NCBI RefSeq assembly: GCF_008831285.2
Contig: NC_045138.2
Span: 5,270,001 to 5,334,000 of the forward strand
Reading direction: 5' to 3'
Length of the DNA stretch: 64,000 bases
From: Nymphaea colorata
Lineage: Eukaryota
The notes beneath the pieces are model-generated. The model saw only the letters and a program-made list of their open reading frames with translations. It was not told where the DNA came from and did not search any database. How positions within the stretch are numbered: the stretch's first letter is position 1; every line of letters begins with the position of its first letter. Of this stretch, positions 55,984 to 64,000 are shown in pieces. The position numbers and the translations under genes are program-made.

Positions 55984-56274
55984 GTGCCCAGGCTTACTCT
56001 CTCCCCCCTTTTCTAAAATCTCTTTCTCTATGTTTCTTTTACTTCTCTCTTAGTTTCCTCCCGAGTCGCCATCAGCAGACAGTGCCAATGGCAATAGGGT
56101 AGGCGGCCTCCCCCACCTACCTTTTTTGAGAAGGGAGAGGCAGTTTCCATTGGGCCGCCATCAGCAGACAGTGCCAATGGCGATAGGGTCGGGGACTGCC
56201 TCTCTCACCCGCTTTTATTTTCATGTTAAGAAAATGAAGCAGGCAAGGTCCTTAAACGCTTTATGCGTTAATAC

Positions 56275-56702
56275 TAGGGCTGCACACGAGCCGAGTCGAG
56301 CTCGGCTCGACTCATGTTTAGTCAGCTCGATTTCGACACAAGCTTCATGACTTTAACTCGAACTTGACTAGAGAAAAACGACAGGGAAATGAAAAGAGTG
56401 GTTGAAAAGAGTAATGATGAGATGAGGTTTAATAACAAGGAAAAGAGGAAGCATGAAAAAGGAGGGAAAATTAAAAAATGCAAAACAAAAGAAAGAGGGA
56501 AAACTTAAAAGAAAAATTAAAGTCCACCGAGTAGAGTTTAATTGAGTCGATTTTGACTAACTCGAACTCAGCTCGTTAACATACTCGAGTTTATGTTTAA
56601 GCTCGACCTTGACTAGTATAAAGAACGAGCCGAGTACGAGTCGAGTTTACACGAGCGAGTTCGAGTCGAGCCCGAGTTGACTCGACTCATTGTGCAGCCC
56701 TA
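56275..56702. mobile_element. hAT-type MITE with CTCGA subterminal repeats
   Basis: Perfect TIR tagggctgcaca / tgtgcagcccta; many ctcga/tcgag motifs; flanks gttaatac/gctactaa match only 5/8. Confidence 0.82.
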
Positions 56703-57959
56703 GCTACTAAGTTTTGTGAGAAGCTGGAACATCCAGATGGTGTGGAGAAAAATTAACCATCAGTGGGATCATTTGTTTTTGTTTTGTTAACAAATCTTTC
56801 TATTTCTTTACCTTTCCCAAGTTCAGCCACTCAAGATTTGATATTTCACATTTATTATTTGATTTTGAAATTTCAAAGGTGGTGGTTTAATGGTTCAGTT
56901 GTATTCTTTACCTTGTTTTCTTTTCAACGGAAAACATGGTCAACTTGTAGCGACAGGTTGAGCGTGAGCACCAAAAGCAGATGGCTAAAGTTTTCTTTGT
57001 TCTAAATTTTGGAAAGGATGTTGACCTATTAGGGAGCATTTAGCCCTGCCGCCATTCCCTCAAGAGTTTTGGCAGGGCCTGCTTATTTTTAAAAAAATTC
57101 CAAAAATTAAGAAATTAGCATTCAGCAATATTTTTTAAAGTTAAAAAAAAATCAACATTTGAATTTTGGCATCATTTCTCTCTATAAGCCCTTTGATTTC
57201 CAGCCTTAAGTGTATTCTAACTCTTAGGTTGCATTTTAAAAGTCCATGTTTGATTCTCCTTAGCCCTTCTCTCTTTCCTCCCCTCTCTACCTTCATGTGT
57301 GGATCTGAAATCAGGACATAAAGTCAGACCCCACCTCTTGCTTGGATTTGAGATCCATAAATTTTTAGCATTTTCATGGATTTAAAAATTTGGGGTTCTT
57401 AACTCTACAGTTTTATTATCATGTCATGGGGGGCGTTCATTTTTTTTAATTATAAAAACACCATTAAAGTCTAAAAAAATGGTCAACTTAGTAAATATTT
57501 TGCATCAACTTATTCTTAAGATCTTATTGAATCAAGGTTAGAGTGCAAAAACAGACATCTTAAAAATCAAAATCAAAGCATCTAATTTTTATCTGTGACC
57601 TAAATATATATAACTGAAATTCTTTAATCATTCAACACTCACACATGTAATTCAATACATATGTGTGTGAGAGACCAGAGATCGAGACCAATGTTCTTAA
57701 GTGTAATCAGGCAAAGCTAATGGGCTAAGCTTTGTGAAGCAACGTGTAGCCTTGTGAAGCATAATCAAACACGAGTATGAGGGAAAAAAAAATTGTTTAG
57801 TATATAATATTCATAATAAAAAAATAAATCTGTCCTGTTTTAGTATATAAAATGATAAACAAGTTTACTGTTACAAAAACGGTTTAGCATATAATATTTA
57901 TTAAAAATAATGTAAAAATAAATTTGTCGTGTTTTAGTATATAAAAACACTAAATAACA

Positions 57960-58860
57960 AGGTCCTCCTCCCACCATAATGGGCATCATCACTTCCTCTG
58001 CAATGCTGCCATGATCAGCGGGATGGCAAAAACTGGAGACTTTCTTGACCCCGGTGAAAGCAATCCCAATCATGTCTTGCCCAACAGTGGCCATCCGTGC
58101 GGGTCGACCTGATAGCTCGGGTCCCGGTTCAGGCCCAGTAGCCCAGATTCGACCCGGTCCATCTTGTTTGATAATAAATTTTTTTTTAAATTATAAAATA
58201 AATTTTTATAATATAAAAAGTATATTTAATAATCGAATACCTGTTATTAAATTAAAAAATAATAAAAAATATTTTTTAATTATTAACGTGTCGAATCCAA
58301 TTGGATCTGACCCCGCCGAGGGCGCACCATCGAGCCCGGGCCGGGCATCAGGTACCCGGCCGGTGGCCCAGGCTAGACAATATTCAGAGGAGGGGCTGTG
58401 CTTGAGTCGGTGTTGGCTGGACGATCCCATTGGCCTTAAGCTTTCTTCAAAATCAGGCCCCGGAGACGCGTATCCATCAAGTTCACCGGCAGCAGGACAT
58501 CCACGCCCTTCACAGTATGTACCATTGCTTCCATATCGCCTCCAGCACCTCCTCCGACAGCCGGCGGAAAGGAAGAGGTGTCTTCTACCCGGCCTATTGA
58601 ATCCACCTTTGCAACCACGTGCACTGACATGAGGGTCTTCCGATCGGCTAGCTTCTCAATCATCTCCATCCCTTGCTGGACGAGTGGCTCCATGGGATCG
58701 ATCTCCGTCAACATATTCTTGAGCTAGGAGGCTGTGATAAGGCAACTGGGAGAGGAGTCGGCGGCTTCGATTGACCGGAGTCATTGGAGACGGGGCCCTT
58801 GCAGCGAAGAATCGTCTGGGATTATGGGCCTCAAACATCCACCGCTTCACAGTCTCCGGC
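57960..58860 (-). pseudogene. 5' fragment pseudogene of a DEAD-box RNA helicase (RH35/DDX41/abstrakt-like)
   Basis: Across frames: QTILRCKG, LVQQGMEMIEKLADRKTLMSV, KLKANGIVQPTPTQ (Q motif), GQDMIGIAFTG (into motif I), EEVMMPIMVGGGP. Frameshifts, stops and a MITE insertion; the rest of the helicase is absent. Confidence 0.85.
58086..58375. mobile_element. MITE remnant interrupting the helicase pseudogene
   Basis: GC-rich ccgg/ggccc ends around an AT-rich core; right end tggcccaggcta resembles the hAT TIR at 55985; helicase homology resumes on both sides. Confidence 0.65.
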
Positions 58861-59390
58861 AGCGCCGTTTACCTCGGCAAAAGGCTTCGCCATGGAAACA
58901 TGTTTATAATTTAAAGTATAAAATATATTATTAACATCTAGTTTTTTTTTCCTTTTTTTTTTTAACATAAATCTGTTGTAAAGTGTGCGCCTCACCGCGC
59001 ACCTCAGGCCTCTGGAGAAGGCGTGAACATCACTAGGTTGAAGTGCAACGCTTCGAGGAACCGGCGCCTCACCCAAGGTAACGCGCAATGATGGGGTGAT
59101 ACATGCACTGTCTAATGACATTGATCCGGACAGTTAGAGATCCACACTTGACATGCGACTTTTTTGGACACAGTGCCTCGGTGTTTCTTTTACCTTTTTT
59201 CACAGGAGTTCGATTCATCACACAGATCTTCAAAGGTTGAAGCAGTTAAGGACATACAAGGTAAACCTCATGCTTGTATATTATAAACGATGCCAAATGC
59301 ACCCATGGTTGATCATGATCGACTAATCAAACTAAATTACCTAGTCAACCATTACAATCTTTAAATGCATAAATAAACTAAGCCACCAAA

Positions 59391-59801
59391 TCAGACTTGT
59401 TCCCGTAAATGAAGAGAAACTTTTATGTTCATTGCAGCTAATTCAGCAGCCAAATATCTGAAAACAAACGGCATGGCTACAGTTTCCATTCCTTTACTAG
59501 ATTTGCATGCTTGACAGAATGCCTTCTTCGAGTAGCTTATCGCTGGGGAGAGCTCAGCAAGTGGTTTCTCAGTTATCTTTTGTTGCTGGACAATAGATGC
59601 AGTAAGAAGACTCCCACATAGAGAACATACGTCAGCAATATGGTAGTCAGAGCACGTATGGAGCCTATCATGCAACAAATATGATGCACCATGAGCAAGT
59701 ATTGAGTCACGCTCCATCTCACCAAAACGAATCCCTCCGCCGATCTTCCTTCCTTTAAGTGGTTGCCTGGTCTGCTGGTTAATGGGTCCAGTGGATCGAA
59801 C
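59391..59801 (-). CDS. NRPA2: RNA polymerase I second-largest subunit, last exon
   Basis: VRSTGPINQQTRQPLKGRKIGGGIRFGEMERDSILAHGASYLLHDRL (Pol I-type), zinc site CSLC...CQAC, MPFVFRYLAAELAAMNI; AG acceptor; TGA stop. Confidence 0.95.
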   Translation of the reverse strand, partial: VRSTGPINQQTRQPLKGRKIGGGIRFGEMERDSILAHGASYLLHDRLHTCSDYHIADVCSLCGSLLTASIVQQQKITEKPLAELSPAISYSKKAFCQACKSSKGMETVAMPFVFRYLAAELAAMNIKVSLHLREQV

Positions 59802-60041
59802 CTTCATTAAATGGAATCATTTTATCATTAGATCGATCTTGTGGTAATGTTACAACGTGCAGCTTGACTGATCTAGAAAAGTAATGAAACCACTACAGAA
59901 GTGAAGCACAATAGAAATGAATGTAACTTGTCACTTAAAAGCAAAAAACAATAAAATCTGTTTGAACTGGCTACATAAATTTGAACAAACGGCCCACATG
60001 ATAATCATTACTTCAAAGGAAATCCCTATGTCTATGATTAC

Positions 60042-60293
60042 CTGAAATTTGTCGGAAACCATATGCCGTAGACGCTGGTAGTAAACTGGACCCATAAATA
60101 TTTCACATGTGAGTTCAGTACCAAGAACTCCACTGTAAAGGACCTCAGTTCCATGATAACTGAAACCATAAGAGGCGAGCAATGGTCCATATTCTTCAAT
60201 AGGTGTACTTGACACTGGTTTCTCACCATCCACTTGCTTCAACAATCCAGAAAAGGGGGTTGCATCAACAAAAGTTCCCTTCAGGCTACCACC
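60042..60293 (-). CDS. NRPA2: NRPA2 exon (252 nt)
   Basis: GGSLKGTFVDATPF...GTEVLYSG...IFMGPVYYQRLRHMVSDKFQ; CAG acceptor and GT donor, phase 0. Confidence 0.95.
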
Positions 60294-61251
60294 CTGCCAT
60301 AAACAGCAGGAGACAGGAATAAGGTCAGTTTTAAAACTCTAAGGATATCTACCATCCACCAATATACTGTTCAAGGCATGAATCCCCCACATTCAGGAGG
60401 TGCATGTTCAACCTTCTGATACACACCTTCAGAAGGGAAAGAGGGCGCATGTTGCATATTACAGACATGCTGACTGACCAATGTATAATGGAATTTATCT
60501 AGATCAGCGGATAAATGAGTTACGAGAACGTCACACCGAGACATGCAACAAACTTTTCAAATAGTAGTGCTAGAAATTAAAGCAACAAACTTTTCACGTA
60601 TCAGTTGTATAAATTAAAGAATAGGCATTATGCAAAACAATATTTTATATGCCTCCTAAAGTTCAAGATCTTGATTTTGGTTGCATGCATTCCATGCAAA
60701 ATACAGATACTCAAAAGCACCAAAAAAAAAATTCTAGGAAAGTGGTGCTTGATAGGCCATGAAAATTATCAAAAAATAAGGAATGTGAAGAGGAAATCTA
60801 GAAAGTACTTGAAAAGGGCAAGGCAATTGAAATTATCGACCAATTAACTTTTACAATTACAATCTGATGGCTAAACTGGGAGAGATGTAATGAAAAAAGC
60901 AGTAAAATGAGATGCATTATTGTGGTCATGCATATAAGCTAATCATCAGTGCACTTATCCTTTACGTTCATATGCACATATAGCTCATGAGATTGCATCA
61001 TAAAAATAACGTACAGCTTAAACATCCAATCTTCAACCTCATGAAGTTGTAACCACCATGATAAAAATTATGTGGCATTCATATGAACCTATGTCAAGCG
61101 TCAAAAAAAGTATAAAGTCTCTAATAACAACAGGTATATGAATAAATTATTTGTTACGCATGCATATGCTTTACATATAATTGGTGAAATACAAAATGTG
61201 TTTATCAATCAACTAAATTTAATCAGGTCTAGCAGAAGCATCTTCTCATAC

Positions 61252-61464
61252 CTTTGCAGCGATGGATTCCAAAAGCATAGCAATTGTCATCCGAGATGGA
61301 AAAGCATGTGGGTTGATTATGAGATCAGGTCGTATTCCTGTTACTCCTGAAAAGGGCATGTCAACGTCTGGCCACAATTGAGAACAGACACCCTTTTGTC
61401 CATGTCTACTACTGAACTTATCACCAATCTCAGGCTTTCTAGGGCGACGTAGACGAATGTTCAC
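61252..61464 (-). CDS. NRPA2: NRPA2 exon (213 nt)
   Basis: [28 protein letters not shown]...[30 protein letters not shown] borders. Confidence 0.96.
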
Positions 61465-61799
61465 CTGCATTGGAAAGTTGTAAAGAACATGCCTGTGAAA
61501 ACAACAGAAATGATTTTTGTTCTGAACGTGACCTGGAACAATCTGGATGTCAAGGGGAGTAAGACCACATTATTAATGACTGAGAAGAAAGTGTGGCCAG
61601 CTTCAGCCACACGAGAAAAGACCCATTTGCAGGTTTCATGAACTTGCAATTTTAATATCACGACTGATAAAGTTAACAGATACTGATAGCTTCAACAATT
61701 GCAATCGGAGTTTGCTAAATCAAAGTTAAAACAATACAGTGGAGTAAATGTTTCTCTCTTAATTCGTAATAAGAGAGCTGGTCAATAAGCTAAGAATTT

Positions 61800-61981
61800 A
61801 TTCTAAAACTGACCCAAGTTTCTGGTCTGGCAGAATTCAACCCACCCCTCATAGTTCATGTTTTAAAAAGGGCTAGGAACCAAGGGAACTGTAATTAAGA
61901 AATCGACGTTTATAAAGCCCTTGAGCGTCTTCAATACATCAATACAAGATTACTTTTAGTCCTCCCATATAGGGCATTATA
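61800..61981 (-). mobile_element. Degenerate solo LTR related to the TRIM, in an NRPA2 intron
   Basis: aaaagggctaggaacca, tttataaagcccttga and ggcattata occur in the same order as in the LTR at 26314-26503. Confidence 0.55.
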
Positions 61982-63394
61982 CTAATTATATGAATGCCAC
62001 ATGATAACTAGCTTAGGTACTACAATGTGCTTTTCTCCCATAGCCTCAAATGATTTAGCATAGGAAACATACAAAAATGCAGTGTCAACATCTTGTCATG
62101 GTCTTGGAGGGAATCAACAGGGCTCCAAAAAGGGCCAGTAAACTAAGGATGCTACATTATTTCCATGGTTTACCAGACCGGTGCCTCCCATGGCCCAAAT
62201 AAACGAACCACGTCATGGTCTTCAGTGATTTGGCCCAAATAAACGAACAGCTTGCTCATGGTTATTGAGGGTATAGACCTGTTTGTACATGACTTAGTAG
62301 CTCACTACAAGCAAAACTGAGCCTGGATTCATAATGAACTTACCATGAGCTGGCTCTGTTTATGAACTAAGTTATTTTTCGAATTTTGAGCCTTGACAAA
62401 TTTATATGTACATATAATATTGAATAAGTCTAGTATCGGACCCAGTGGAAAAAAATGGCTTGCACAGATTGGAACTTGGAAGTATTATGCTGCCACTTTT
62501 TGGCTAAGGAATAGCTCACGTTTTTCTTTTATCTTAACATAGGAAAAAGGGTGAGGTAAGCTGCTATACACTAATTACTCCACAACCAAAAACCTCAGCA
62601 TCAGATGACTTTTCTTTTCCTAATTTAGCATTTCTGGTTAATTACAAGCACACAATGTCGCTTTGAAAGTGACCAGGTTAACACCAGCTGCTAACAACAG
62701 CGCTATCCATGCTATTTTTGAGCCTGTGATAGTCTGAAAAGTAATCAAGAAACTTATTGCCGATACTTTCTCAAAGTCAATGGCCACACATAAAATCACT
62801 TTCAGCTGTCATAGATACTAAATTCCTAGTTTTTGGCTAACTAGATTGCCTACAAAATAAGTTGTCAGGATTGGAAGTCGAACACAAGTTGTTTAAGACC
62901 CTTAAAGATTTACATGGGATTAGTCAGCTTGACTAGGTCTAAGTCACTTGACTATAAATAAATAAATACGGGTCTTTATATGAAAATACATAGAAACACA
63001 CACATAGGTCAAGGATTGAAGGGGGTAACCAAAAATTAGGCTGAATAATTGACTAGTCTGACCAATTAATTGCCCGTTTGAAACACAGGGCAGTTGATAG
63101 CCAACTCTATCGAGTAGTTGAGAATTTGACAACTAAGCCTAGAAAAGCAGATTTGATTCAGCCTAGAAAAGAAGAATGAGATCTTAAGGCAAAAGTTAAG
63201 GTTCTCAGTTTGCAGGTTATGGTGACTATAACAGTAAACTCAAACCCAGCCTAGGAACTACTAAAAGAATAAGATGCTTACTGATGCAAACTAGCTTTTG
63301 AACAATAAACTAAACTCAACCAACTCTACAAATAAAAATTTCAAGGTCATACGTATGCTGCTGATAAATTGAACGCAGTAAAACAATAAAATAC

Positions 63395-63538
63395 CCTTTG
63401 CAAATTGTTCTTCGAACTTGCTCCATCTGCAACAACATAATCAACTATAACAGCTTCCGAACCTTTAAGCTTGTTCAAGTATGTTCTGTTTGTTACAGTA
63501 TTGTAGGTGGAATAATATGCTTCATCTGGATTAATGAC
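63395..63538 (-). CDS. NRPA2: NRPA2 exon (144 nt)
   Basis: VINPDEAYYSTYN...KLKGSEAVIVDYV...NLQR; CAG acceptor and GT donor, phase 0. Confidence 0.9.
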
Positions 63539-63622
63539 CTGCAAAATGCAATAGCACTCAGGATTTTAAAAAAAAAAAATCATTAAGAAACGAGGTTACG
63601 GTTGCAAACAATAAAAACCAAC

Positions 63623-63751
63623 CTGACCAATATATGGAAGACCATCTGAATCAATTAACATCTTTGCAGACTTATCATTGTTATTTCGTGCAAATAATTT
63701 TGGCACATGATCTTTTCTTCCATGTGTATTGGTCAAGTCCACTGTTTCTCG
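63623..63751 (-). CDS. NRPA2: NRPA2 exon (129 nt); the gene continues beyond the right edge
   Basis: RETVDL...LIDSDGLPYIGQ; CAG acceptor and GT donor, phase 0. Confidence 0.9.
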
Positions 63752-64000
63752 CTGCAAATCAAAAGTAGCAAAAAGATAAGTAGTAGCAGAAAAATAAACA
63801 GAAGTGAAAAGGAAATATATGAACATCCACATCTCAGCAGAAATTTTTAGTTCAGAGTGTCAGGTTCCTGGATTTATTTTATACTGGCAGTTTGAATTAT
63901 ATGCAAGAACCATCAAGAGAAATTGTTCCAATAAGGATGTTCTAATATACAATATAGAAAAAAATTCTAACCAAACCAAAGGATAAGTTTGCAACCAAAG

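Larger units (their letters stand above)
54887..55996. mobile_element. Non-autonomous hAT DNA transposon, 1110 bp, containing plastid DNA
   Basis: TIRs taaggctgggca / tgcccaggctta (11/12 match); perfect 8-bp TSD ctctctcc (54879-54886 and 55997-56004); clustered GGCCC/GGGCC subterminal motifs; internal cgcctcctcct repeats. Confidence 0.88.

Overview
Plant (angiosperm) nuclear DNA, rich in transposons and rearranged by local segmental duplication. The only gene that looks functional is the 3' end of NRPA2 (RNA polymerase I second-largest subunit; five minus-strand GT-AG exons, 63751->59391). Retroelements: two related decayed Ty1/copia copies (1-1649, ~19400-24280); an old minus-strand copia relic (~26990-29100); a complete TRIM with TSD (26088-26503); a full-length but decayed Ty3/gypsy chromovirus (29255-34624); a young non-autonomous copia in a three-LTR tandem bounded by a single TSD (39927-51518); and LINE relics. 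There are also several hAT-type MITEs. Four host-gene remnants are scattered through the window: an NLR LRR tail, an ARM-fold gene plus a paralogous fragment, a GH1 beta-glucosidase 3' exon and a DEAD-box RH35/DDX41 5' part. The most unusual item is a TIR- and 8-bp-TSD-bounded hAT element (54887-55996) containing plastid DNA with a truncated trnL-CAA fused to its right TIR. A related hAT end lies next to the displaced GH1 fragment, which may point to a cargo-carrying (Pack-type) hAT family, but that is inference. I see no clear evidence of a new multi-gene system. All homologies were recognised by eye and from memory, with no database searches; boundaries marked approximate are uncertain by tens of bases.
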